In this document: positions 37,641 to 49,100 of the stretch, one piece after another
Layout of the letters: each line of letters starts with the position of its first letter
Position numbering within the stretch: the stretch's first letter is position 1
NCBI GenBank assembly: GCA_963783385.1
Contig: CAWANJ010000006.1
Location: 224,001 to 288,000 of the forward strand
DNA from: an uncultured Gemmatimonadales bacterium
Lineage (GTDB): Bacteria > Gemmatimonadota > Gemmatimonadetes > Palauibacterales > Palauibacteraceae
Length of the DNA stretch: 64,000 nt
Reading direction: 5' to 3'
The notes under the pieces: generated by a model
Database searches by the model: none
What the model was told of the DNA's origin: nothing
Seen by the model: the letters and a program-made list of their open reading frames with translations, nothing else
Position numbers and translations under genes: made by a program

Positions 37641-39269
37641 GTGAGCGGCGACCCGCTGGCGCCGCTGCGCGCCTTCGACCGGCTCGAGGTCGGCCCCGTG
37701 CGCCTCGAGCGGCGGCGGCTGTCGGCGCCCTACACGGTCGTGCTGGGCCGACGCCGGGAGACGACAGAGCTCCTGTACCGCTACGAGGAAGACGCTTTCG
37801 AGCCGGAAGCCGCATCCGACCGCAACCTGGCCTCCCTCATCGCGGCGCAGGTGGCGCTCAACTACGGGCTGTTCGCGGACGAGATCGTCCTGCACGGACC
37901 GCTGGACGAGGCGGACCGCCGGTTCCTGGGCGCCATGGCGGAGAACACCGCCCGCGAGATCTACGTCAAGAAATTCCTCGAGCCCAACCCCTTCCTGGTG
38001 GGCGAGGCCCGGTCCCTCCCGGCGGTACGGAGAGAGCGCTTCCTGAGGGCTCGGCTGCTGTTTCCCGAGGGAGTCGAGACACCCGTTCGGGACGATGTCT
38101 GGGGAACGGGCGCAGGGGCCGCCGGGGGGAACGCCTCGGCGGCCGTCCGGAACGCCGTGCTGGCCAGCGGGGGAAAGGACAGCCTCCTGACCCAGGGCCT
38201 CCTCGAAGAGATCGGTCCCCCGCCCCTGGCCGCGTTCGTCAACGAGTCCGGACGCCACTGGTTCACGGCGATGAACGCCCATCGGCATCTGGCGGCGACC
38301 CGATCGGAGCGCACCGCTCGCGTGTGGACCAGCTCGGACCGGGTGTTCGCGTGGATGCTGGGACGACTTCCCATGGTTCGCCCCGACTTCGCGCGCGTCC
38401 GGTCGGACGAGTATCCGGTGCGGCTGTGGACGGTGGCCGTGTTCCTGTTCGGCGTGCTCCCGGTGCTCCGCCGACGTGGGGTGGAGCGCATCCTGATCGG
38501 TGACGAGTTCGACACTTCGCGCCGGCTCCATCACCGGGGGATTCCGCACTACGATGGGCTCTACGACCAGAGCGTGTGGTTCGACGCCGCCCTGACCCGC
38601 TACTACGGGCGCAAGGGCTGGCCGCTGCAGCAGCTGTCCATCCTCCGACCGCTGTCCGAGCTGCTCATCCAGGGGATCCTGGCCGCCCGTTACCCGGAGC
38701 TCCACGCCTGCCAGGTCTCCTGCCACGCCGCCCACATCGAGGATGGCCGGGTACGCCCCTGCGGCCGGTGCGAGAAGTGCCGGCGCATCGTGGGAATGCA
38801 CCTGGCCCTGGGGGCCGAACCGGCGGTATGCGGGTATACGGAGGAGCAGATCGAGGCCTGCCTGGAGGCGCTGGCGCGCCGACCCGTGCACCAGGAGGCG
38901 GCGGGCGCCGCCCACATGCTGTGGCTGCTGGAGCGCCGGGGACTGCTGCCCGGACCGGGCGGGAAGCCGGCCGCGAGGGCAGGAAGGGGCGGCGGAGCGG
39001 ACGTCCCGGCGCCCTCGGAGCATCCCGAGGTGGTCCGGCTCCGCTTCCACCCCGATCTCAGTCCTGCCGTGGGCTTGCCTCCGGACCTGCGCGAGCCCCT
39101 GTTGCGGGTCTGGCTCGAGCACGCCGAGGGAGTTTTGACGCGGCGGGGTGGGCGGTGGGAGCCCGTAGAGCCCGCCGACCTCCTGTCGGCCCTCCGTTCC
39201 CCGGACCGACAGGAGGTCGGCGGCGAGCGGGTCGACACGACGACGGACGACGAAGGGACGAAACCGTGA
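37641..39269 (+). CDS. Uncharacterised PP-loop (adenine nucleotide alpha-hydrolase) protein with Cys cluster, MurL/QueC-like
   Basis: LASGGKDS PP-loop; SCH...CGRCEKC. Confidence 0.7.
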   Translation: MSGDPLAPLRAFDRLEVGPVRLERRRLSAPYTVVLGRRRETTELLYRYEEDAFEPEAASDRNLASLIAAQVALNYGLFADEIVLHGPLDEADRRFLGAMAENTAREIYVKKFLEPNPFLVGEARSLPAVRRERFLRARLLFPEGVETPVRDDVWGTGAGAAGGNASAAVRNAVLASGGKDSLLTQGLLEEIGPPPLAAFVNESGRHWFTAMNAHRHLAATRSERTARVWTSSDRVFAWMLGRLPMVRPDFARVRSDEYPVRLWTVAVFLFGVLPVLRRRGVERILIGDEFDTSRRLHHRGIPHYDGLYDQSVWFDAALTRYYGRKGWPLQQLSILRPLSELLIQGILAARYPELHACQVSCHAAHIEDGRVRPCGRCEKCRRIVGMHLALGAEPAVCGYTEEQIEACLEALARRPVHQEAAGAAHMLWLLERRGLLPGPGGKPAARAGRGGGADVPAPSEHPEVVRLRFHPDLSPAVGLPPDLREPLLRVWLEHAEGVLTRRGGRWEPVEPADLLSALRSPDRQEVGGERVDTTTDDEGTKP

Positions 39270-40117
39270 CCGACGAGCGGAGCTGGCGCCTGGGCGCCAT
39301 GACGTGGCGAGAAGCGGGCGAGCGGCTGCGGGCCTGCGACGTGGCCCTCCTCCCCACGGGGGCCGTCGAGCAGCACGGCCCCCACCTCCCCCTGGACACC
39401 GACCTGTTCCACGCGGAGCGCATGTGCCGGGACGTGGCCCTCGCCTGCGGCGAGCCGTTCCCGCTGGTGCTGCCGGCCATCCCGTTCGGCGTCTCGTACC
39501 ACCACGACGACTTTCCGGGGACCCTCAGCGTGAGCGCCGAGACGCTGGGCCGCTACGTGTTCGAGGTCGGCCGGGCCCTCGCCCACCAGGGGATCCACAA
39601 GCTGGTGATCGTCAACGGCCACGGCGGCAACGCCCCCGCCTTGCAGACGGCGGCGCAGCGGGTGCACCGGAAGACCGGCATGTTCGTGTGCGTGGACACG
39701 GGGGAGACGAGCGACGTGGACGTGGAGGCCCTCGCCGAGACGCCGGGCGACATCCACGCCGGGGAGATCGAGACCAGCGAGGCGCTCTACCTCCGCCCCG
39801 ACGACGTGCGGGCCGAGCGGCCCGGGCTCTCCGTGCCGCGGTTCGCGGTGGAGGCACTGGACGAGGGCGGGCCCCGATCCATTCCCTGGTTCTCTCGGAC
39901 CTCGCGCTTCTCCGCGGAGGGAGTCCTGGGCGACCCCTCCAGGGCCACGGCCGAGAAGGGGCGGCGCATGTGGGAGGTGCAGGTGGAGCGGCTGGCCGAC
40001 CTGGTCACGGGACTCCGCGGCAGGAGCCTCGAGGAGCTCCGCCTGGACGCGTCGGGAGACGGCTCGACGGCTCCGCCCGGCGGGCCCGTGCCGACGCCCA
40101 CGTCCGAGGGCCGGTGA
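39266..40117 (+). CDS. Creatininase/MftE-family amidohydrolase
   Basis: GAVEQHGPHLPLDTD, NGHGGN, HAGEIETS; GTGA overlaps on both sides. Confidence 0.9.
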   Translation: MTDERSWRLGAMTWREAGERLRACDVALLPTGAVEQHGPHLPLDTDLFHAERMCRDVALACGEPFPLVLPAIPFGVSYHHDDFPGTLSVSAETLGRYVFEVGRALAHQGIHKLVIVNGHGGNAPALQTAAQRVHRKTGMFVCVDTGETSDVDVEALAETPGDIHAGEIETSEALYLRPDDVRAERPGLSVPRFAVEALDEGGPRSIPWFSRTSRFSAEGVLGDPSRATAEKGRRMWEVQVERLADLVTGLRGRSLEELRLDASGDGSTAPPGGPVPTPTSEGR

Positions 40118-41175
40118 GGATCACCCGCGTCGAGGCGTGGCGGGCCGACCTCCCGCTGCGCGAGCCCTACCGGATCGCGTACGAGACCATCGACCGCTGC
40201 GAGACCGCGTTCGTGCGGCTGGTCACCGACGGTTACGCCACCGGCGTGGGGTGCGGTACGGCCGATCCGGCCATGACGGGCGAGACGACCCGCGACACGG
40301 TCCAGGCGCTGGAGGACGTCGTCCGTCCGCTTCTCGAGGGCGAGGACCCCCTGCGGCCCGCCCACCACCTGCACCGGCTCCGCGAGCCCCTGGCCGGCCG
40401 GCCCGCCGCGCGCGCGGCCGTCGACCTGGCCCTGCACGATCTCCTCGGCCGGGCGGCCGGACTGCCGCTGTGGCGCATCCTGGGCGGCTTCCGCGAGACC
40501 ATTCCCACCAGCATCACGATCGGGATCCTGCCCGCCGACGAAACGGTGGAGCGTGCCGAGGAGCTGGTCGGCCGCGGCTTCCGCTGTCTGAAGATCAAGG
40601 GTGGCGACGATCCCGAGGTCGACGCGGAGCGGGCGCTCAGGGTCCGGGAGGCGGTGGGGCCGGACATCGAGCTCCGATTCGACGCCAACCAGGGTTACAC
40701 CGTGGAACAGGCGGTCCGCTTCGTCGAAAGGGTGCGCGGCGCGCGTCTCGAGCTCCTCGAGCAGCCGACCCCGGCCGGCGAGCCCGCGCTCCTTGGGCGA
40801 GTGACCGCGGAGGTGCCCCTCCCGGTGATGGCCGACGAGAGCCTGCGGAGCCTCCTCGACGCCTACCGCCTGGCGCACGGCGAGCTGGCCGACATGCTCA
40901 ACGTGAAGCTCCAGAAGGTGGGCGGCCTGGCCGAGGCGCTGCGCATCAACGCCGTGGCGCGCGCCGCAGGGCTGGAGGCCATGGTCGGCTGCCTGGACGA
41001 GCCCGCGCTCGGGATCGCCGCGGGCCTGGCCTTCGCCCTCGCCGTCCCCAACGTGATGTACGCGGACCTCGACGGACACCTGGACCTGGCCGAGGATCCG
41101 ACGGCCGGCGCCGTCGTTCTGGAGGACGGCCTGCTCCGACCCACCGATCTGCCGGGGCTCGGCTGGAGCGGTTGA
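40114..41175 (+). CDS. Enolase-superfamily dipeptide epimerase (L-Ala-D/L-Glu epimerase / DgcA-like)
   Basis: KIK, DANQG, EQP, ADE, NVKLQK, DLD. Confidence 0.9.
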   Translation: MRITRVEAWRADLPLREPYRIAYETIDRCETAFVRLVTDGYATGVGCGTADPAMTGETTRDTVQALEDVVRPLLEGEDPLRPAHHLHRLREPLAGRPAARAAVDLALHDLLGRAAGLPLWRILGGFRETIPTSITIGILPADETVERAEELVGRGFRCLKIKGGDDPEVDAERALRVREAVGPDIELRFDANQGYTVEQAVRFVERVRGARLELLEQPTPAGEPALLGRVTAEVPLPVMADESLRSLLDAYRLAHGELADMLNVKLQKVGGLAEALRINAVARAAGLEAMVGCLDEPALGIAAGLAFALAVPNVMYADLDGHLDLAEDPTAGAVVLEDGLLRPTDLPGLGWSG

Positions 41176-41205
41176 CCGGCTCCGCGTCCCGACCGCGGAA
41201 GGGCG

Positions 41206-41727
41206 CTACTCGCCACCCATCCACAGGTCCATGGTGTCGACGTCCTGCCCCTGCAGCTTGAGGTAGTAGAACAGCTGCCCCTTGTGCTGCCCCAGGTGCC
41301 AGACGCACTCGTAGCAGTGCTGCACCAGGGCGCGCTCCTCGCCTCCCCACGGCGTCGTGCTGCGCTCGTTCAGGAGGCGGTCGTCGTCCACGTCCGCCAG
41401 GAGCTCCAGGGTCAGCGCCCGGTCCGCGGCCAGGAGCCGGAGCGCCTCGTCCACGCTCGCCACCGACGGGAGCATCTCGGCGGTGGGCATCTCCAGCTCC
41501 CCACCCGCCTCCTCCAGCGCCTCCCCATACTCGCCCCAGTCGCCCGTGAGGAACCCCCGGAGATTGGCTCCGCATGCCTCCGTGCAGTGCCTGAGCAGCT
41601 GCCCGGTGCTCATCCAATTGTGGCCGGTGGCCGGCTTCCAGGCCAGGTCGTCCACCCGGCGAAAGAGACCCTCGGCGGCCCGGTACGTGGCCCGGGCATC
41701 CTGCTGCAGGCTCTCGGACAGGCTCAT
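41206..41727 (-). CDS. DinB/DUF664 family protein
   Basis: WKP...WMSTGQLLRH, H..QHKGQLFYYLKL. Confidence 0.8.
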   Translation of the reverse strand: MSLSESLQQDARATYRAAEGLFRRVDDLAWKPATGHNWMSTGQLLRHCTEACGANLRGFLTGDWGEYGEALEEAGGELEMPTAEMLPSVASVDEALRLLAADRALTLELLADVDDDRLLNERSTTPWGGEERALVQHCYECVWHLGQHKGQLFYYLKLQGQDVDTMDLWMGGE

Positions 41728-41952
41728 GGCTCGCGCTCCCGGTTCGGCGTCGACCATCCATCGACGCGTGCTCGCGTGATCCGGCCGCCCGAGGAGGCGG
41801 CCCATAGTTGACCCGAACATACACCGAAGATCCGCGGCGCGTCAACGTCTCCTTTCGAAGAGATCGGGGGTGTCACGCGGTTGCCACCCCCGACGCTTCG
41901 GTATACGATCCGCGCCGTATCCGAAACATCAGTATATCAAGGAGGCCACACG

Positions 41953-44900
41953 ATGCGCCGTCCGGGCTCCACGCCATCGAATTTCCTCTTTCATCGATAT
42001 TCTCTCGCGTCCCTGACCGGCGCCCTCCTCCTGGTCGCCTCGCTCTCCCTCCCCGCCGGACCGGCCCTGGCCCAGGCGAAGGGTGGGAATCGTGCCGCCG
42101 CCGCGGAGACGGGCGCGATCCACCAGCCCGGCCACATCGTGTACGATACGTCGCTCTACGCCGGGCTCCAGTACCGGATGATCGGTCCGTTCCGCGGCGG
42201 GCGCGCGACGGCCGTGGCCGGCGTCTCCCAGAAGCCGCACACGTTCTACTTGGGTGCGACGGGCGGCGGCGTGTGGAAGACGGAGGACGCGGGCCAGCAC
42301 TGGGACAACGTCTCGGACGACTACTTCCACGTGGGCTCGATCGGCGCCATCACCGTGGCGCCTTCCGACCCGGACGTCGTGTACGTGGGGACCGGCTCGG
42401 CCGACATCCGCGGCAACGTCTCCACCGGCAAGGGCGTGTACCGCTCCACCGACGGAGGGAAGAGCTGGAGCTTCGAGGGCCTGGAGGACGCCGGCCAGAT
42501 CGGCGACATCGTCGTCAGCCCCCGGGACCCGGACCTGGTCTACCTGGCCTCGATCGGCCATGCCTTCGGCCCCAACCCGACGCGCGGCGTGTTCCGCTCC
42601 AGGGACGGCGGCAAGACCTGGCAGAAAGTGCTGTTCGTGTCGGACTCGACCGGGTTCATCGACCTGGCCATGGATCCCAACAACCCCCGGGTGCTCTACG
42701 CCGCGGCGTGGCAGACCGAGCGCAAGCCGTGGACGATCGTCAGCGGCGGCCACGAGGGCGGGATCTGGAAGTCCACCGACGGCGGAGACCACTGGACCAA
42801 GCTGGGAGGCGGCCTGCCCACCGGCCTCGTCGGCAAGGCATCGGTGACCGTGTCGCCGGCCGACCCCGACCGGGTGTGGGTGCTCATCGAGGCCTCACCG
42901 ATCGACAAGGGGGGCGTGTACCGTTCGGACGACGCCGGCAAGACGTGGAGGCAGACCTCCCACTCCCACGACCTCACCCAGCGGGCGTTCTACTACATTC
43001 ACATCTTCGCCGACCCGAAGGACCCGAATACCGTCTACGCCCTGAACACGAGCCCGTACCGGTCGATCGACGGGGGCAAGACCTTCACCCGGATCCGGGT
43101 CCCGCACGGGGACACGCACGACTTCTGGATCAACCCGGAGCACCCCGACTACCTGGCCATCGCCGATGACGGCGGGGCGCAGGTCTCCCTGACGCACGGA
43201 AAGACCTGGAGCACCTACTACAACCAGCCCACGGCGCAGTTCTACCGGGTGATCACCGACAACGGCTTCCCGTACCGCGTGTATGGGCCCCAGCAGGACA
43301 ACAGCACCATCAGCGTCCCGGCCTGGTCGCCCGGCACCGGACGGCTGACCCCGCAGGGAGAGTGGGTCACCGTGGGCGGCGGGGAGAGCGGCTACATCGC
43401 CCTCGACCCCGACCACCCGAAGCTGAGCTACGCCGGTAGCTACGGCGGCGACATCGACCGGATGGACCGTGAGACCGGACAGGGCCAGAACGTGGTGGCC
43501 TATCCCCAGCTCGCCCTCGGCGAGGCCGCGAAGGACCTGAAGTACCGGTTCCAGTGGAACGCGCCCATCCTCATGTCGAAGTTCGACTCCAGCGTCGTCT
43601 ACCACGCCGCCCAGTACGTGCTGAAGACGACGAACGGGGGGCAGAGCTGGACCCGGATCAGCCCGGACCTCACCCGCGACGACACCGCCAAGCAGGTGCT
43701 GGCCGGGAAGCCGATCGAGTCGGAGGAGACGGGAGTCGAGGTGTACGGGACGATCTTCGCGCTGGCCGAGGGGACCGAGTCGCCGGACGTCCTGTGGGCG
43801 GGCTCGGACGACGGGCTCGTGCACCTGACCCGCGACGGCGGCAAGACCTGGAAGGACGTGACGCCCCCGGGCCTGCCCGCCTACTCCACCGTCAACGTGA
43901 TCGCCCCCTCGCCCCACCAGGCGGGCCAGGCGTACGTCACCGCCTACCGCTACCGGATGGACGACTGGCACCCCTACGTCTACGAGACGAAGGACTGGGG
44001 GGCCCACTGGACCCGGATCGCCGACGGCACGCGGGGCATCCCGGCGGGAGACCCGGTGCGGGTGGTGCGGGAGGACCCGGTCCGGGCGGGGCTGCTGTAC
44101 GCGGGCACCGAGTTCGGGATGTACGTCTCCTTCGACGACGGGGCCCACTGGCAGACGCTGCAGCAGAACCTGCCGCCGGTGCCGGTCACCGACCTCACGG
44201 TGCACGGGCTCGGACCTGGTGCTGGCCACCCAGGGGCGGAGCTTCTGGATCCTGGACGACGTGACCCCGCTCCGGCAGCTCACCGGCGCGGTGGCGAAGG
44301 CCGACCACTACCTGTTCGAGCCCCGAGCCGCATACCGCGCCAACATGGGCCGCGGCTTCGGCGGAGGGGACCGGCCCACCCCGCCCCCCAGCGGCGCCAT
44401 CCTCGACTACTACATGGCCAGGAAGCCCGACGGGCCGGTGAAGCTCGAGATCATCGACCCCTCCGGGAAGACCGTGCAGACCTTCTCGAGCAAGAAGAAG
44501 GAGGAAGAGGGCGAGCCGTCAGAGCTCGCCGCCTTCTTCGGCGGTGGCCGCAGCCGGCCGCTGCCCGCCTCGGAGGGCATGCACCGCTACACCTGGAACC
44601 TCCGCTATCCCGGCGTCCACACCTCGAAGGGCGCGGTCGTGTGGGGCTACACGGGCGGCCCGCAGGCCGTGCCGGGCACGTACACCGCGAGGCTGATCGT
44701 CGGCTCCGACACGACCAGCCGGAGCTTCGACGTGAAGCCCGACCCGCGCTGGCGGGGCGTGACGCACCAGGACCTGGTCGAGCAGTTCGAGCTCGCCGTG
44801 GCCATGCGTGACACCCTGAACCACGTGTACGGCAGGATCGACGCCCTGCGCTCAGCCCGCGGGCAGGTGAAGGCCGCCGAGAAGCGGGCGAAGGACGCCG

Positions 44901-45298
44901 GCGTGGACGTTACGGCGCGCGCGGACTCGCTCGTGGACGACATGACGGCTCTCGAGAAGGACCTCATACAGACGCAGAACCGCAGCGGCCAGGATCCGAT
45001 TCGGTTCCCGCCTCAGTTCGACAACCAGGTCGCGGCCGTATACGGCAACGTGGCCGGGCCGGACGCGAAGCCCACCGACGGAGCCAGGGAGCGCTGGAAC
45101 GACCTGCTGTCGCAGTGGTCGGGCCTTCGGGACCGACTGGGCAAGGTCCTCGACACGGACCTGGGAGCCTTCAACCAGCTCCTGCAGCAGAAGGGCGTGC
45201 CGGCGGTGGTGGCGCCGAACAAGGACGAGGACGCCGCCTCCGGTGAAGGCGAGGGCCGTTCGGTCGGGCAGGAGGAGATGGAGGGCGGCGGCGTCTAG
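41953..45298 (+). CDS. Second BNR/VPS10-like beta-propeller protein (frameshift near 44210)
   Basis: YRMIGPFRGGR, Asp boxes, QQDNS, RFQWNAPI, ATQGRSFW; AAGGAGG RBS. Confidence 0.88.
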
Positions 45299-45461
45299 CC
45301 GCTCCGTGGAGCGCGGCGGAGCCCGCCGGGCTCCGTCGTAGTCCCCCCGCGGTGGCCGGTCGGAAGACCGGCCACCCCTGCGGGGAGCGAGAGAATCGGC
45401 CGGTCGCCAACCCGCCGAGTAGGGTCGGGCGAGGATCCGGCCGGGAAGAGCCGTGCTCCGG

Positions 45462-45920
45462 CTAGCAGCCCGAGCCCGGCGAAGTCTGCACGATGTGCCC
45501 CGCCCCGTCGTCCGTGTTCACGCACCACCACGACGAGGAGACGTCGTGGCCGGCGGTGGCCACGTAGCCGTTCCCCTGCACCGAGACCCCTCCGTTGATG
45601 CCCGAGCTGGCCCGCACCAGGATGTTCCCGTTGGCGTCCACGATGGGCGCCCCGGACCCGCTCTGGGTTCCGGCGCTGTAGCTGGAATAGTCGTAGAAGT
45701 ACGACTCCTCGGCCGTCATGAGATTGCGGAGGTCGCTCTTGGCCGATGCGTCGAACGCCTTTTCCTTGGTCGATGCGAACTGCGGTATCGCGATCGCGGC
45801 CAGGATGCCGATGATCACGACCACGATGAGCAGCTCGATCAGGGTGAAGCCGGCCGCCCCGCGCCACCCGGCGCGGTCCGCCCGTCCCAGCCTGGTCTTG
45901 AGGCTCTTCACGGTGGACAT
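45462..45920 (-). CDS. Type IV pilin (class III signal peptide)
   Basis: AAG|FTLIELLIVVVIIGILAAIAIPQF, KSDLRNL..AEESY, C-terminal Cys pair; AGGAG RBS. Confidence 0.9.
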   Translation of the reverse strand: MSTVKSLKTRLGRADRAGWRGAAGFTLIELLIVVVIIGILAAIAIPQFASTKEKAFDASAKSDLRNLMTAEESYFYDYSSYSAGTQSGSGAPIVDANGNILVRASSGINGGVSVQGNGYVATAGHDVSSSWWCVNTDDGAGHIVQTSPGSGC

Positions 45921-46182
45921 CGTGTCTCCTGTCGCAGTCATTTCGAAGCGTGGTATCACCCGTCTGGAAGCGACCCCGGCAGGGAAGGGGGCAAGACACA
46001 AGCCCCCGCAACGAGTGGGGGTGTATAACCTTCTTCGGTGGCGTTAGTTAGAGGAACGCCACAGGCCCGAGGCGAGAGCGGAATAGAGGGCGCGCGCCGT
46101 TGCACTTGTCCACACCCGTTGCGTCCTGCGGGCGACCTCCGGGACGCCGCCGGGCGGGCCCCGAACGGGTCCGAGTCGAGCC

Positions 46183-49100
46183 TCAGCCGGCCTCGATCTC
46201 CCCGCCGGCCATGAGAGCGTGCGCCTGGCCGCTCGCACCCGCCGGGACGGGCACGGGCTCCGTGCCCCACAGGCCGAGCCGCTTCTGCAGGGTGTCGAGG
46301 TAGGTGTAGACCACGGGCGTCACGTACAGCGTGATGAGCTGCGAGAACAGCAGCCCGCCCACGACCGCGAGCCCGAGGGGCCGGCGCGACTCCGATCCGG
46401 CACCGAACCCGATCGCGATCGGAAGCGTGGCCATGAGCGCCGCCATGGTGGTCATCATGATGGGCCGGAAGCGCACGCTGCACGCCTCCAGGATGGCAGC
46501 GCGTGGCGAAGCTCCCTCGCTGCGCTCCGCCTCCAGGGCGAAGTCGATCATCATGATGGCGTTCTTCTTCACCAGGCCGATGAGCATGATGATGCCCACG
46601 TAGGCGTATACGCTGAGCTCGACGTGGAACACGAGCAGGGTCAGGAGGGCGCCGAATGCCGCGAACGGGAGCCCCGAGAGGATCGTGATCGGGTGGATGA
46701 AGCTCTCGTAGAGGATCCCGAGCACCAGGTAGATGACCAGGACGGCGAGCACCAGGAGCAGCAGGAGGCCCTGCTGGCTGGACTGGAACGCCGCGGCGGT
46801 GCCCGAGAAGGTCGTGTTGACGGTCGAGGGCACCCGGACCCTCGCCAGCTTCCTGATCTGGGAGACGGCCGTCCCCAGCGAGGTCCCCGACCCGAGGTCG
46901 AAGGAGACCGTCACCGAGGGGACCTGGCCCGCGTGGCTCACCGTGAGCGGCCCGAGCGTGGGCTTGAGCGTGGCCACCGAGCCCAGCGGCACCATGGTGC
47001 CGGAGTCGGAGCGGACGTACAGCATGCCGAGCGCGTCCGGGTCGCGCTGGAACCGGGGGAGGAGCTCCATCACCACCCAGTACTGGTTGCTGGGAGTGAG
47101 GATGGTCGACACCTGGCGGGACCCGTAGGCGTCGTACAGGGCCCGCTCCACCTGGTCGGTCGATACCCCGAGGGCGGCCGCCCGGTCGCGGTCGATGTCG
47201 ACGGCCACCTGCGGGTTGGAGATCTGGAGGTCGCTGGTCACGTTGACGAGGTTCGGGAGGCTGTCCATGGCCGCCTCCATGACCTGGGCGCTCCTGTAGA
47301 GCGTGGGCAGGTCCGGGCTCTCGAGCGTGAACTGGTACTGGCTCTTCGACCCTCGCCCGCCGATCCGGATGGAGGGCGGGTTCTGGAAGTACACCCTCAC
47401 GCCGGGGATCGCCGCCACCTTGCGGTTGAGCTCCTTGATGACCTCGTCCACTCCCAGCCGATCCGAGCGCGGCTTGAGGTGCATGAACACGGTGCCCTGG
47501 TTCATCGTCCCGCGTCCGCCCCCCACGAAGGACATGAAGTCGCGGACGTTCGGGTCGGCGGCGACGATGTCGGCGACCTGCTTCTGGTGCTGCAGCATGG
47601 CCTGGAACGACGTTCCCTCCAGGGTCTCCACCGTGCCGTGGATTCGGCCGGTGTCCTCCGCCGGCAAGAAGCCCTTGGGAATGTGCAGGAACAGGAGCAC
47701 GCTCCCCACGAGGATCGCCAGCGAGAAGACCATGGTCCCGGGCCGGTGGTCCATGACCCGGTCCAGCGAGCGCTGGTACAGCCCCAGGGCGCGCTGGTAG
47801 ATGCCCTCGGTCACCTCGTACAGGCGACCGTGGTGCTGCTCCCCGGGTGGACGCAGGAAGCGGCTGGACAGCATGGGGGTCAGGGTGAGGGACACCACGC
47901 CGGAGACCAGGATGGCCGACATGATGGTCACGGAGAACTCGTGGAACAGGCGACCGATCACCCCGCCCATGAGGAGGATCGGGATGAACACGGCCGTAAG
48001 GGAGAGGGTCATGGAGAGGATCGTGAAGCCGATCTCCCGGGACCCGTCCAGCGCGGCCCGGATCGGCTCCTTACCCATCTCCATGTGACGCACGATGTTC
48101 TCGAGCATCACGATGGCGTCGTCCACCACGAACCCAACGGCGAGCGTGAGCGCCATGAGGCTGAGGTTGTCGAGCGTGTAGCCGGCCAGGTACATGACCG
48201 CGAAGGTGCCGATGATCGAGATCGGCAGGGCCAGGCTCGGGATGATCGTGGCGGACAGGTTCCTCAGGAAGAGGAAGATCACCATCACGACCAGGCCGAG
48301 CGTGAGGAGCAGGGTGAAGCGCACGTCCGACACCGAGTCCTGGATGGACTCGGACCGGTCATACAGCAGGTGCACCTGGACCGAGGCCGGGATCTGCCTA
48401 TCGAGCTGGCCCAGCATCTTCCGGACGTTGGCGGCGACCTTGACCGTGTTGGTGCCGGGCTGCCGCTGGATGGCCAGGATGATCGAGCGCGTGTTGTCGT
48501 ACCATCCCGCGGTCTTATTGTCCTGCACATCGTCGAGGACGCGGCCCAGGTCCTGGAGCCGGACGGGGGAGCCGTTCCGGTACGAGACGATGAGCCGCCG
48601 GAAGGCCTGGGCGTCGCTCAGCTGGCCGTTGGCCTGCACCGTGTACGCCTTCTGGCTCCCCCACAGCACGCCGGTGGGCAGGTTCACGTTGCCGCTCGAG
48701 ACCGCCTGTGCCACCTGGTCGATCCCGATCCGACGGGAGGCCAGCTCGCCGGGATCGAGCTGGATCCGCACGGCGTACTTCTGGGCCCCGTAGATCGACA
48801 CCTGGGCCACGCCGGGGACGGTGGAGATGCGCTGTCCGAGCACGGTCTCGCCGTACTCGTCCAGGGCCGAGAGGGCCAGGCTGCTGGAGGTGAGCGCCAG
48901 GTAGATGATCGGCGAGGCCGCCGGATTCACCTTGTTGTACGAAGGCGGGATGATGCCGGTCGGAAGCTGGTGCAGGGTCTTGGAGATGGCCGCCTGCACG
49001 TCCTGGGCGGCGGCGTCGATGTCCCGGTTCAGGTCGAACTGCAGGGTGATGGAGGTCCCGCCCTGCGTACTGGTAGACGTCATGTCCGAGATGCCGGCGA

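Noticed and set aside
39266-40117. Mycofactocin/RiPP cluster suggested by the MftE-like gene
   Set aside because: No precursor peptide, radical SAM enzyme or RRE protein is nearby.
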